A DNA stretch of 64,000 bases from the human T2T-CHM13v2.0 reference genome, Homo sapiens: the NCBI RefSeq assembly GCF_009914755.1, contig NC_060942.1; one strand, given 5' to 3'. The notes under the pieces are model-generated. The model had not been told where the DNA came from, searched no databases, and was given only the letters and a program-made list of their open reading frames with translations. This document shows positions 1-13,668 of the stretch, one piece after another (within the stretch, counting starts at the first letter, position 1; every line of letters starts with the position of its first letter). Position numbers and translations under genes: made by a program.

Positions 1-290
1 AGAGCCAGGAGGAATTCTCAAGTTGAGGCAATAAGGAACCCATTGGTGGTGGTTTGTGTTTGCATGATATTAACACAAGGCCCCTAGACAGTGATGTGGA
101 TGCCAGTCAGTCCAGGTTTTCTAGAAAAGAGCAGTAGGTAGAACCACAAAAGAGGTGGCTTTAGTTTTGGCTCAGCAAAACTTTAGGTTAATTCAGCACT
201 CAACCTTTATTTGCCTTTTCATCTCCATCCATTAAAGAAATATATAGATATAGAGATGCATATACATAGAGAATTTGCTTTTTTAAAACA

Positions 291-409
291 ATTTTTTGTA
301 GAGATGGGGTCTTGCTGTGTTGCCCAGGCTGGTCTCGAACTTCTAGCCTCAAGTGATCCTCCCACCCCCAGAATTCTGGGGTTACAGGCGTGAGCCACTG
401 TGCCCAGTC
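291..409 (-). mobile_element. Alu left monomer / FLAM
   Basis: gagatggggtcttgc...gtgagccactgtgcccag is an antisense Alu left arm. Confidence 0.85.
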
Positions 410-414
410 CAGAA

Positions 415-1103
<689 letters not shown>

Positions 1104-2194
1104 TATATTTTGACTTTTTATTAAAATCACTGGAACATGGAAAATGCAGGAGATAGAGGCCAGTCAAAAGATTTCACTGGCCCTTCACTCCCTCTAAAGC
1201 AAAATTCTAAGGAATAGTCAGCTGTTCTGGGTGTTGCCTCATCCCTGTGGTGAAGTCTTTGGTGGCCCAGAGATTCCTGAAACTGCCATTGGGCATGAGT
1301 CACTGGGAGGTGGGGTGGGCACAGAGGAGTTCCATGGATAATCCACAGCCAAGCTCTGTAGGGGCAACCAGCCAACGCTTCCAGAGCAGGGAGGTGTTCT
1401 GGTCCCTGGCATAAATGGAGGGACCTTTTAGACAAAGTTCTCAAACCTAACCTGGAGCAAGGCAAGCAAGTGTAATCACTAAATCAGCTTTGCTCAAGGG
1501 ATTTTGTGCACGTTTTGTTTCTTCCCCCTCTCACTGTAGTGTTTCTTCTGGGAATGGGGATCCAGATCTTGGAATGGCTTGTTTCCGATTATAATCAGAA
1601 ATCATTCTGTTAATCCCATCTCCTACCCAGGAGAAGAGCAAATCATCCCTGGTAATGCCAGAGGGTGTGACACCAACAAGGGCATTTTTCTTGAGGACCT
1701 ACACCATTGTTTACAGAGTGTGATTATACACACTAAAATGAAAATGATCCAAAAAGTAGATCTATTGAACATCGACTAAGTACCCAACACCAAGATTAGG
1801 GCTGCCTTTTGTTCTTTTTGCTCTCTGAAGTCGGCCTGCAACAGCCATGGAGCTGGCTAAGCTTTTGTGGACAGATTGGCCCAAAGTATACATAAATACC
1901 CCAACGCAGGAACCCACCAACACAACAACTCATGCCCCAGTGCAATCACATTCCTCTAGCAAGTATGTTCAGACCCTGTATCCTGGAGTAAATGTAGAAC
2001 TGTAGGTCCTCAGGTAAGCCAAGGTAACAAGAATCCCCCCAGGAATAGTGGAAGTAAATCTCTTCCATTTTAACACTTCTGCTGTAGGTAACTCTTCTAG
2101 AAAAAGGCATGATCACTTCCAAGTGCTGCAGGAATACCAACTGTAAGTGTAAAAAGCAAGGGCTTCAAGCCTCACTAACCTGTGTGACACACTG

Positions 2195-2386
2195 ACAGTA
2201 CAGACCCCAGCTCTACCACTTACCAGCTGTGTGACCTTAGGCAAGGCCTTAACCTCTTAATGCCTCATTGCTACATCTATAGTATGGGCATAGTAGCTGC
2301 CTATCTCTTAGGGTGGTTGGAAGATTCAGAGTGTGTAAAGGAATTAGCAGAGGTCAGCACATGGTCAGTGCTCAATAAATGTTAGA
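2195..2386 (+). mobile_element. MIR
   Basis: ctctaccacttaccagctgtgtgaccttaggcaag core and gtgctcaataaatgttag end. Confidence 0.8.
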
Positions 2387-2390
2387 TAAG

Positions 2391-2450
2391 AAAACCTGCC
2401 CTTCCTGCACATGTATCCTAGAACTTAAAATAAAATAAAATAATATAAAA
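2391..2450 (+). mobile_element. Very short L1PA/PB 3' end
   Basis: ctgcacatgtatcctagaacttaaaataaaataaaa. Confidence 0.7.
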
Positions 2451-3144
2451 GAGAAAATACCTCCCTCAAAAGCTTATTGTAAGTTGGATTCATAGAGCTT
2501 CGTGCAAAATAGGTGTTCTGTATCTGTTAACTGCCTTTCTCTCCTACTATTTTCCTTTTCTGCAACCTTCTTTCTTTGACCAATAATCTATGGAGAGAGG
2601 GACATCTGGAATGTCGTTGTCCAAGAGATATGTTGAAACCCAAAGAAGAATTGACCTAAAACCATGTATAAATAGGCAAGCTCCAGGAATGGAAATGAAC
2701 CCTCCTCCTCTTCTGAGGCAAAAGGCCATCTTTATAAAATAATTAGGCTTATACTGTAATGCCAGTGAGGATTTGTTTCTTTCTTTTCCTTTTAATGAAA
2801 TTTAATTTTAGGTCTATTACAGGTAGCTCAACTGTTTCTAATGAATTGGATTAAAATGAATGCAGACACCTTTCCATTTAGAAAAGTAAGCTGCATTAGG
2901 GATTTAGAATGAAATCAGCTTTGGGTTTTCTTAGTACATCATTTGTTTAAGAAACACAAATATTTGCCTGGACTTCAGTTAGTTCATGTGTGTGAATGCT
3001 TTATGTGCATTCAGCTCCAGACAGATCCAGAAGTCAAATCGAAGGGGAAATGCCCTGGGGCCATGTAGAAAGAGCTGCTTTAGAAATTGCTCTCATTATA
3101 TAAGAGCAGTAATATGGGAGTAGTTACTAACTTGACGATCTCAC

Positions 3145-3729
<585 letters not shown>

Positions 3730-4383
3730 CGTTAATTTTTTAAATCCTGGCAATAACCCTTTGCCCACAGGTAGGAGGTGGTAGATACAGCAGCATATGA
3801 ACCCAGACAATGTGTTCCATTGTTTCAGCTTGGCATTGGTTAAATCAAGCTACGTTTTTCATAATTGAATAGAACCAAAAAGTAACACTTTGTTTCTTCT
3901 GACTTTACAGTGGCTAACTTAACAGTGAACAGAAAAAAAAGAGCAAAAGGTTTTCTAGAGCACTCCTGGTTCCTACAAATGATTTATTACTTTATTAATA
4001 TATATGTATATCATATATCATCTATTAACTTATTAATACATGTCCTATCCACCCGCAATGCCGTGACTCCAGCGGGGAGGGACGGGCAGTTCTAGATATT
4101 GTGCATGTTCTCTGTCTCTTTACCTTTTGCGGCCACTGGCCATTCTTCTGTTAACATTGTTGTCTGCATTTTTAAAGCTGGGAATGTAAACTTACACAGA
4201 AAGGAAGTCAGTTCTCCCAGCATCATAAAATAAGTAGCATTATGGGAATCCCATGGGAAAGGATAAACATAAAACACCTACTCATTTATGGGTGAAAAGT
4301 ACTAAAGAGCACAGCGTTTCAGCTCTGATTTCACGTGAGCCTGACATGATCCATCTCTTCCTTTTATCTGTGTTCGTAATCAG

Positions 4384-4501
4384 ATTTAACATTTCTACGC
4401 CTGCTTTCCGAGGCTGCATGAAAAATTTGAAGAAAACCAGTGGTGTCGTTAGATTGAATGATACTGTGGGAGTAACCAAAAAGTGCTCGGAAGACTGGAA
4501 G
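4384..4501 (+). CDS. LAMA3: LAMA3 coding exon (end of LG2), 118 nt
   Basis: taatcag|A TTT AAC ... TGG AAG|gtaagt; encodes (R)FNISTPAFRGCMKNLKKTSGVVRLNDTVGVTKKCSEDWK. Confidence 0.95.
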
Positions 4502-4885
4502 GTAAGTGAAAGTTCAGAACCTCGTGAAGGAGTGCTTCCCAGCCAACCCACCTTCCGTATCCATTAACGCAGCAACTTTTGACTTCTTTCTGATAGCACA
4601 CAGTGTTACAGTGAACTGGCTCATATACACTCCCCATGTGCTTGCAAGATGCTGAACCTTTTCAGGTTTGCACATTAACTTTGTAGGAAAGTAGGAAGAC
4701 CAACTATATACACAAAAACTTACAGATGATTGCTGACTTATTATGCAGAAAAGTAAGCTCTCTTTCTTTCTGAGGTTACATAAATCACATTAATCAGTTT
4801 GAGTAAAGTGAGATAGGGTAAGGTACTGTATTTCAGCCAAGAAATGATTACAATGCCAGTAATTTATTCCATGTTTGCATTTCAG

Positions 4886-5026
4886 CTTGTGCGATCTGCC
4901 TCATTCTCCAGAGGAGGACAATTGAGTTTCACTGATTTGGGCTTACCACCTACTGACCACCTCCAGGCCTCATTTGGATTTCAGACCTTTCAACCCAGTG
5001 GCATATTATTAGATCATCAGACATGG
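4886..5026 (+). CDS. LAMA3: LAMA3 coding exon (start of LG3), 141 nt
   Basis: ttcag|CTT GTG CGA ... ACA TGG|gtatgc; LVRSASFSRGG...LLDHQTW. Confidence 0.95.
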
Positions 5027-5437
5027 GTATGCAGTAGTGCATTAATATCAAACAAGATTTAAACCTGACTCAAAGTTTGATGTTAAAAACAACAGAGAGA
5101 TTTAGAAAGTGGTGGAGTTGTACATTTTTTCTATCATCACACAGTAAATGCTATTGTATAGTTCAACCATAAACGTTATTCCCCACTCTGGGGTAGGTCC
5201 TCAAAGAAATCAAGTTTAGAAAGTAACATTATAATTTACAGAGTTGCATTTGTGTGTACTCGCGGACTCATTTTTATTCTTTTCAGGTATATTTTATAAT
5301 AAGAGTTAAGGTGGATTATAACTACTGTAGTTAATAATGTAGCTTAAAGTTTCAGAGCTCAGAAAGAAAATCAGAGTGTGTCCCTATGATTTCTTTTTGA
5401 TTGCATTAAAGGTAGCTCTCTCCAGATTGCCTTTTTG

Positions 5438-5455
5438 CAGCAGCAGCAGCAGCAG
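5438..5455. repeat. (CAG)6 microsatellite, intronic
   Basis: Direct reading. Confidence 0.9.
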
Positions 5456-5744
5456 CTAGTTGGACAATATTTATACCTGGGGAATTGGAGAAAATAAGAT
5501 CCTTTTCTCTTTCCTCATGTACAACAGAGCCACATAAATTCTCTTCCACAAGGAGATACCATCTGTAACTTAAGCAGATTTAGCTAGTGTGGTTATGTAG
5601 ATACAGAAGTCACCTAATATTTAGAAATGAATATTTGTGGAATGAGTGGAATTTTTAAATAGAAGTAGAGTATGATTATTTCTGAATTTGTTTCTTTAGG
5701 ATTGCAGAGCACAGCAGACTTCTAGTATCTGTCAAGAAAATGGC

Positions 5745-5948
5745 TGGTGGCTGACTCTGTGGCTCTGTAATATCAGGAAGGCCGCCCCTCTCTTGGTGGC
5801 TGACTCTGTGGCTCTGTAATACTAGGAAGGCCGCCCCTCTCTTGGTGGCTGACTCTGTGGCTCTGTAATATTAGGAAGGCTGCCCCTCTCTTGGTGGCTG
5901 ACTCTGTAGCTCTGTAATATCAGGAAGGCCACCCCTCTCTTGGTGGCT
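5745..5948. repeat. 49 bp minisatellite, ~4.2 copies
   Basis: Unit ggtggctgactctgtggctctgtaatatcaggaaggccgcccctctctt starting at 5746, 5795, 5844 and 5893. Confidence 0.97.
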
Positions 5949-6726
5949 TGCTCACCAGTCCTTGAGGTTTTATTTTTAAAATGAGCCCTAAAGAAGCACA
6001 TGCTAACACTTAGACTATAGGGGTGGCTTTTCCATGAAAGCAGGATGTTTTGATCTAGCTCTTATGATACCTAACACTTGTTTCCTCTGCCACGTGTAGG
6101 AACACTTAGTACACAATTCACAAAATGATCGAGAGCAGATGGAAGAATTAGGTTAGCAAAAGATTAGATCCGCCCTGGACAATGGGGGAATCCTGGATAT
6201 AGCATAGGGACATTGCCCTCAATTTCATAATGGGTTAGCTAAAGATACATATAAGTTAGCATTAGTTTATGCAATTCATAATGAATATTGCCAATTGAAA
6301 AAAAGTCAACACAAAGTAAAATCAACAATGGCTATAACCACACACTGTAAAACTTGTTTTAGACTGAAATCTTACCAAAGAATCACATCTTGTTGAAAAC
6401 TGCAGAAATTATACTTGGTAGAAAAAACACAAACAAAATTGAAATGACAAGTGCTGAGATTGCACATTTTTTAAATTAATGATTGACAGGAAGAGTCAAA
6501 TTATCTTGCCCAAATTTACATCTTCAGAGTTCAACATGGAGAATTGGACTTCCCAAAAATAATGACTAGGAAATAAAAAATTTATAATGACTGAAGAGAA
6601 GAAATCATTGTAATATTCTTATATTAAAAATTGAGGAATCGAGTCTTTGCTGTAAAATTTATTTAGCAATGAATTGATCCGATAGAAATAACTTCAGCCA
6701 AAGAAAAATAAAAATAGAAAAATTTA

Positions 6727-7015
6727 GACTGGGCATGACGGCTCACACCTGTAATCCCAGCACCTTGGGAGGCCAAGCCAGGAGTATCTCTTGAGCCCAG
6801 GGGTCTGAGACCAGCCTAGGGAACATAGTGAGATCCTGTCTCTACAAAAAATTACAAACTTAGCCGGCTGTGGTGGTGTGCGCCTGTGGTCCCAGCTTCT
6901 CAGGAGGCTGAGGTGGGAGGATCGCTTGAGCCTGGAACAGTGCCACTGTACTCTAGCCTATGCAAGAGAGCAAGACTCTGTCTCAAATAATAATAATAAT
7001 AAGATAAAATATAAA
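6727..7015 (+). mobile_element. AluJ with internal deletion in the right arm
   Basis: Alu dimer, (AAT)n tail, TSD aaaatttaga. Confidence 0.88.
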
Positions 7016-7322
7016 AATTTAGAAATGATTTAACTGTTTTGTATAGTCGATTGAGAAATTAAATTGGCTTAATGAATGTAGGTCCAAAAAATGATTTTGA
7101 CAAATTCATTGGTGTTGACATAATTTGCATAAGATTTTTATATTTATAAACATGGAGTCAAATATGCAAAAAATAATCTTTAGAGCAAAAAGCAAACTCA
7201 AAGCATTTGGGTCAAAACATCCTGATTGTTTTATACATGGTTTGGATGATAAATTCAGTAAAGATACAGGCATAATCCTTATATGCAAATTAGTTGATGG
7301 GTATTTTCTATGGTGATTTCAG

Positions 7323-7462
7323 ACAAGGAAACTGCAGGTCACTCTGGAAGATGGTTACATTGAATTGAGCACCAGCGATAGCGGCGGCCCAATTTTTAAA
7401 TCTCCACAGACGTATATGGATGGTTTACTGCATTATGTATCTGTAATAAGCGACAACTCTGG
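7323..7462 (+). CDS. LAMA3: LAMA3 coding exon (LG3), 140 nt; missed by ORF track
   Basis: tttcag|ACA AGG AAA CTG ... TCT GG|gtgagt; [47 protein letters not shown]; phase fits both neighbouring exons. Confidence 0.95.
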
Positions 7463-7635
7463 GTGAGTCGAATAATACTTCTGTCAGAGCTGTGAGTGAG
7501 TTTTACTCTCTTTCGTTTAATGGAATTTTCTGGTGTCTTTTTGCAAAATATTTGTCCTTGATACCAAAAATACTTCACTAATAAGTCTTGTCCTTCTTCC
7601 TTTTTCCATATCAATTTCTTCATAAAAAAATAAAC

Positions 7636-7800
7636 TGCCACACATGGTGGCTCATGTCTGTAATCCCAACAACTAAGAAGGCTGAGGCAAGAGGGTTGCT
7701 TGAGGCCAAGAGTTCGAGACCAGTCTTGGAAACACAGTGAAACCATGTCTCTACGAAAACTAAAATAAAATAAAATGTAAATAAATAAAATTTTAAAAAT
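7636..7800 (+). mobile_element. FLAM / Alu left monomer
   Basis: Monomer plus A-rich tail. Confidence 0.85.
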
Positions 7801-7807
7801 AAATCAG

Positions 7808-8175
7808 TTGGATGGATAAATTGTGGTGTATTCAAATGGAATGCTATATAGCAATGAGAAAGAAGGATCTAGAACTATATGTAATGACATGAATGACCCT
7901 CACAAACATAATGTGGAAAACATTGAGTCACACATAAAAGTTCATCTCATATGATTTCCTTTATACAAAGTTCAAAAACAGGCAAGAACTAATCCATTCC
8001 ATCAGAATTCAGGATAGAGGGAGGGAGGCTATAGGGTTAAAGGGAATGCACAACAGGGTACCTGGGGTGCTACTCTGTTCCGTTTCTTTTTCTGGGTGCT
8101 GGTAATGTTGGTGTATTTCTGTTGCAAAAATTCGTTGAGCTGAACACTTATAGCCTGTGCACTTTCTGTACATGA
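7808..8175 (+). mobile_element. Old L1 (L1ME-like) 3' fragment
   Basis: ggataaattgtggtgtattc...aagttcaaaaacaggca...tgtgcactttctgta. Confidence 0.75.
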
Positions 8176-8420
8176 GGCTCTCATAACACAGTCTTTCAAA
8201 ACGCCATCTTTGGCAAGATACACCCATTTTAATAAAAATGTGATGTGCAAAAGAAAATACATGAAAAAAGTTGTAATGCTCTTTAAAAATAAAGTCTAGT
8301 TTCACTAGTTATTTTAGATAACAAATATTGAATCTGAGTCTTAGACAGTGAGTTGGCCACATGGCAAGGGCCCTTTTTTCCAGCAGTTCTCACCCATGAT
8401 TTGCTTTTCTTCCCTTTCAG

Positions 8421-8552
8421 ACTACGGCTTCTCATCGATGACCAGCTTCTGAGAAATAGCAAAAGGCTAAAACACATTTCAAGTTCCCGGCAGTCTCTGC
8501 GTCTGGGCGGGAGCAATTTTGAGGGTTGTATTAGCAATGTTTTTGTCCAGAG
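8421..8552 (+). CDS. LAMA3: LAMA3 coding exon (LG3), 132 nt
   Basis: tttcag|A CTA CGG ... CAG AG|gtaggt; LRLLIDDQLLRNSKRLKHISSSRQSLRLGGSNFEGCISNVFVQR. Confidence 0.95.
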
Positions 8553-9645
8553 GTAGGTGATCCTCTCTTTGTGGGTAACTGATGAGAACGGCCTGCCCAT
8601 GGGAAGGGTATCTCTTTGGTCCAGTTAACAAAGTCAGCTTTGTCAACATGTGCTGCACGAGACCCGCATACCACAGTCTTTCAAAATGCCATCTTTGGCA
8701 AGATACACCCATTAAAAAACCCATAAAAAACTCCTGGGCCCGGCCTCCTTTTGGAGGAGCAGCGTTAGCATGTAACCTTGGAAAAGACCTAATTAAAATT
8801 AACTTCAGATTATGGCCCGGAAAAGTATTCACTGGAATTTTATTGCATTATAATCAAGATTGTGCAATTAGATTTAATCAGCTCTCCACGGTTTTCAAGG
8901 CCAAGGAACTGCATGGACCAGTGCTGTGCTAGGAAACCAAATCACCACAATGTTGAACGTGATATTTAATAGAGAGAGAGTAGCTCTTGGGGCTTCCATG
9001 CAAGTGTTTACATATTTTTTTTGATACAAAATTATTGTTTTTAGATAAGAGGCAAAATCTTCTCCAGGGTAAGGAGAGGGCCTGGTTCTGGCTATGAATC
9101 TCAGGCTGGAATTCTCAGGCTACCATGACAGGGAGCCTCCCACCCATCAGGGCTCCATCCTCCTTGGCCAGGATGAGGCTTAGAGTTCTCATTTCCCTCC
9201 TGGTTGATGAAACATCTTCCTTGAACATCTAATTCAGGGATTGGAGCAGGAGGTGGGAGGGATGGGGAAGGCCCAGGGGTTGTTAGCAACAGCTTACTGC
9301 CATGATAAGGCTTGGACAAGAATCGTGAGATAAAGCAAATTTGTCCAAGACTTTCCTCCTCATAGTCAGATAAATCCTTCCATAAACTCACCTCTGAAGT
9401 TTCCTTATATTTACCATCATTCAGTATCATCCAGTGCCCATCTTCTCCCTCTGTGCATATTTTACGTTCGTATTTCCACATGACACCCATTTCAAAGAAA
9501 GAACTATAGTATCCCGGCCCTCCCACAATTCTGCCACAATCCCAAGTCAATAAAGGTTTCTTGGGCTCCTCGCCGGCTTCTAGAGGTGATATTAAAGTAG
9601 GAGATGAAAGTTTCCCTAGGAACCATGACCATAAGAATGTGTAAT

Positions 9646-9946
9646 TTTTTAAAAAATCATGGATACATAACAGTTGTATTAATACACATTTATGGGTTAC
9701 ATGTGATATTTTGATACAGTTCTACAATGTGTAATGATCAAATCTGGGTAACTGGAATGTGCTTCATTTCAAGCATTCATCATTTCTTTGTGTTGGGAAC
9801 ATTCCAAATCTTCTCCTCTAGCTATTTTAAATTATACAATAAATCATCATTAACTTGAGTCACCCTATTGTGCTGCCAAACACTAGATCATATTCCTTCT
9901 ATCTAACTGCATTTTTGTACCCATTAACCAACCCCTCTTCATCCCC
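9646..9946 (-). mobile_element. L1MA-like 3' end
   Basis: tacaatgtgtaatgatcaaatc...gtacccattaaccaacc. Confidence 0.8.
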
Positions 9947-10042
9947 AAAACATGTACTTTTTGAAATGAGCTCTCTCTACCAGAGGGTCTTCCTCGACAT
10001 GTCCAAGTTTGGCAGCATCTTTCATTTCTGCTCTTTTTCCAG

Positions 10043-10196
10043 GTTATCACTGAGTCCTGAAGTCTTAGATTTGACCAGTAACTCTCTCAAGAGAGATGTG
10101 TCCCTGGGAGGCTGCAGTTTAAACAAACCACCTTTTCTAATGTTGCTTAAAGGTTCTACCAGGTTTAACAAGACCAAGACTTTTCGTATCAACCAG
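10043..10196 (+). CDS. LAMA3: LAMA3 coding exon (end of LG3, linker), 154 nt
   Basis: ttccag|G TTA TCA ... AAC CAG|gtaagt; LSLSPEVLDLTSNSLKRDVSLGGCSLNKPPFLMLLKGSTRFNKTKTFRINQ. Confidence 0.95.
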
Positions 10197-10594
10197 GTAA
10201 GTGTCCAAACCTAACCCTGGGTTTCCCTCTTCCCTGGAGGATTCCCCTGAGCCTGCCTTGTGGGAGATATTGGGGAAGGGGGTGAGAGCTCACCAGTCCA
10301 TAAAGTGGGATTGATGCATTATCAACAGTTGAATCACACCAAAATGTCAAAATGGTTTTCTTTTTAGCTTGTATTTCGCATCTTGATGAAAAGTTGGCAA
10401 GTTTTGCACTCACAGAACAGAACCATGACTTAGGTTTCTTAATTTCTGTAGCTGATGTCTTGCTGTTTTAACATTTCTGCTGTGTCCCCAGCAGGTCCTA
10501 TGTTTTTCTATAGAATATAAGGGCCATGCTCCTCTTCCTGCCCATAGACCTCCCCTCTGTTCTGATGCAACTCCTATGACAAGATACGTGGTGT

Positions 10595-10750
10595 ACCCTT
10601 GACTACAGACTAGAAACACCTGGGGAGCTTTAACACCCCAATGCTTAGGCTGCATCCGACCCAATTAAGTTAGATGCTCGTGGAGTGGGTGTCTCAGTAG
10701 TTTGTGAAGCTCCCCAGGTGATTCTGAAGTACAGCACTCAGAGGGACTGA
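10595..10750. mobile_element. MER5-like hAT MITE
   Basis: cacctggggagcttt ... aagctccccaggtgattct internal palindrome. Confidence 0.65.
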
Positions 10751-11777
10751 GAGGAAATGAAACTCCTTATTTGGAGGAGCAGAACATTGTGATGAGTTGA
10801 ACACAGGATCAGGGTTTAAGGAGCTCCTTGCTCTGCTCAAGGTCAACAATGTAACTTTCCCAGGTCTGAGGTTACAATTAATATGGTTAATGGATAACAG
10901 TGGGCACCTCGGATCTGCCAGGCACTGCACTATGCACTCCAGATGGATTTTCTTACCAAATCCTTCAATAACCTTATGCTGCAGTGCAGAAAGGTAAGCA
11001 GTTCTGCCCAAGCTCCCACAGGTGGAAGGTGAGTTGGAGTTCCAACCTAGGAGCCCGTGGCCTCTTGAGAGCTATGTGCTCCTGTTCAACACACTTTCCA
11101 CTTAATGTCAACCACGTGCTGCTTCTCTACCAATATTTCCCCACTGCACAATGATTTGGGAGAGCATGAACAGATAATACCTAATAAAATACATGTTTTA
11201 TGCTATTAAGAAGAAATATACTTCATAAATCCAGAAGGGCTGTCATTTTCCCATTATGGGAACATCTTTAGAATTGCCCCATCAAAATTGAAGTCATATA
11301 TTCACTTTTTCATTGTAAGGCTGAAAGTTATTGAGAGACTAAATTAGCCCAGTGATGGTGAACTGGAGAGAGCAAATGGATTCAAATCTATTTACAGGAT
11401 AGAATACACATGACTCAGACAATAATTGAATTGGGAAGACAAGGGAGAGGCAGGAGTTAAAATAATTCTGAGGCACCCAGTCTGGATTATTGGATGAATG
11501 GGGATGTCCCCTCCATGGAGATAGGAGAAGGACACGTATTTGGAGGAAAAGAGAATGGAGTTTGTGGTGTATTGAGTGACAGGAGTCTGCAGGACACCCA
11601 GGTGCAGAAATTTGGTGGGAGACTGTCAGGAGTCTCTGCGTGGGCTTCAGCAGATAGGGTGGGACTGGGGCTATTAATGTGGAAAACATCAGCGAATACA
11701 CTTTCATTTCCCCCTGTTTTGCGTAAGCCCCCAGTTTGGATGGAATAGGACATTAGTCTCTGCCCAGTAGCAGAGAG

Positions 11778-12040
11778 AATACAGCACAGCTTAGTGGTTA
11801 AGTACTGGACTCTGGAGTCAGACTTCCTGGGTTTGCATCCGGCTTTACCATTTATTAGGTATGTGATCTTGGGCAATTATTAAACCTCTCTCTGGGTCTA
11901 TTTGCTCCAATGTAAATGAAGATAAATAATGGTAATACCTCATGATGTTGATGTGAGGATTAAATGAAGTAATAAACACAAAATACTTAGAAAAGTGCCT
12001 GGCACATAGTAAGTATGCATTAAATGCTAGTTATTATTAC
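11778..12040 (+). mobile_element. MIR
   Basis: gtggttaag...ctctggagtcagac...gtgcctggcacatagtaag. Confidence 0.85.
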
Positions 12041-12448
12041 TATGCATGCTAATGAAAACCTAAATGAAAGGGCATAAGATGCTACAGGAGTGGTGTGGCA
12101 GGAATTTTCCTACCATGGGAATCAGGAGGGTTCTTCTGGAGGAGGTACCCCAGGAACTGGGTCTGGAGTGTGGGTCGAATTTAGCTGAGTGAATATTGTT
12201 GCTGCCCAAGCAGAAGCCCAAAGCTGGAGGCAGGATGTGGCTGGGACTCACGGGTGCAAGACATGCTGCATGCATCCTCACCAGACTGACTTCATGCTCT
12301 CTCTCTCCCTTCTCAACACACCCCTCTGAGAGCAGAATCAAATGCCAACCTTACAGGTCAGGAAATTGAGTGTCTAAGAGGTTAAAAAAAAAGTTGCCAA
12401 AGAGCATCCTGTCAGTAAATGGTAGAGTCAGGATTCAAACTTAAGACT

Positions 12449-12703
12449 TTTTTTTCCATATTAACTAAATTTTTATTTTTATTTTTTCTTTTTATATATA
12501 TATATTTTTTATTATACTTTAAGTTCTAGGGTACATGTGCACAACGTGCAGGTTTGTTACATATGTATACATGTGTCATGTTGGTGTGCTGCACCCATTA
12601 ACTCGTCATTTACATTAGGTATATCTCCTAATGCTATCCCTCCCCCCTCCCCCACCCCACTACAGGCCCTGGTGTGTGACGTTCCCCTTCCTGTGTCCAA
12701 GTG
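12449..12703 (-). mobile_element. 5'-truncated L1PA (approx. L1PA3-5) 3' end with 15 bp TSD
   Basis: ttattatactttaagttctagggtacatgtgcacaacgtgcagg; TSD ttcaaacttaagact at 12434-12448 and 12704-12718. Confidence 0.92.
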
Positions 12704-12743
12704 TTCAAACTTAAGACTCTTAAGCACAAAGAACGTGCTCTTC

Positions 12744-12985
12744 TCCCAGGCACTCAGAGCTCAGTGGGGATCTCCATCAGTTAAAGCGAAGGGTGGGGAT
12801 TCACCTTACTAGGGGTTGGTTCAGAAATGGACATGTGACCCCTCCCTCCTGGACAATGAGCCCTGAGAGGAAGTTGAGGGCGTGGCTTCTGATAAAGAAT
12901 TCCATGTTAGCACAAAGAGAAACCCAGGCAGAATCCATGCTTCTTGTGTTGGACAGTGTAGTGAGGATGTGATTCCCAGAAGCAC
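12744..12985 (-). repeat. Inverted duplicate of 14344-14585 (242 bp, ~90% identical)
   Basis: Manual ungapped alignment, about 25 mismatches. Confidence 0.95.
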
Positions 12986-13342
12986 AAGAAGAACACAAGA
13001 TTCAAACTTAAGCACAAAGAATGTGCTCTTCAAGCCACATCATGTGGCCTCTACAGGCCCGAGAGCCTGGTGAACAGTGGGAATGGAGAAAGGAGACTAG
13101 AGAGAGGTAAACTGGAATCACACCCTGGGGCCAGATCAGGCAAGCCTCATATGACCTACATCAATTGGACATTTTTCTATAGTCAGTGTAACGTCATTGA
13201 AAGGAGTCCTGTAAACAGCTGAAAAGATTAAAGATTACTAAGCTGGTAGCAGCCTGTGGGATGGTTTGGTGTAGGAAAGTTCTAGAGCCAAGGAGTCAGA
13301 TTGGCAAGCTACCGTAATCATCTAGGCAAAAGAGTCGGGGCT

Positions 13343-13668
<326 letters not shown>

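Noticed and set aside
5438-5455. CAG repeat as a polyglutamine or disease repeat
   Set aside because: Only 6 units and intronic.
5780-5800. CTCF motif in the VNTR unit
   Set aside because: CCACCAAGAGAGGGGCGG has the wrong spacing and several core mismatches.
5745-5948. CRISPR-like appearance of the regular repeat
   Set aside because: Units abut with no unique spacers, there are no cas genes and the DNA is human intron; it is a minisatellite.
6040-7140. AT-rich stretch that may be an ancient DNA transposon relic
   Set aside because: I could not identify terminal repeats or a family with confidence.
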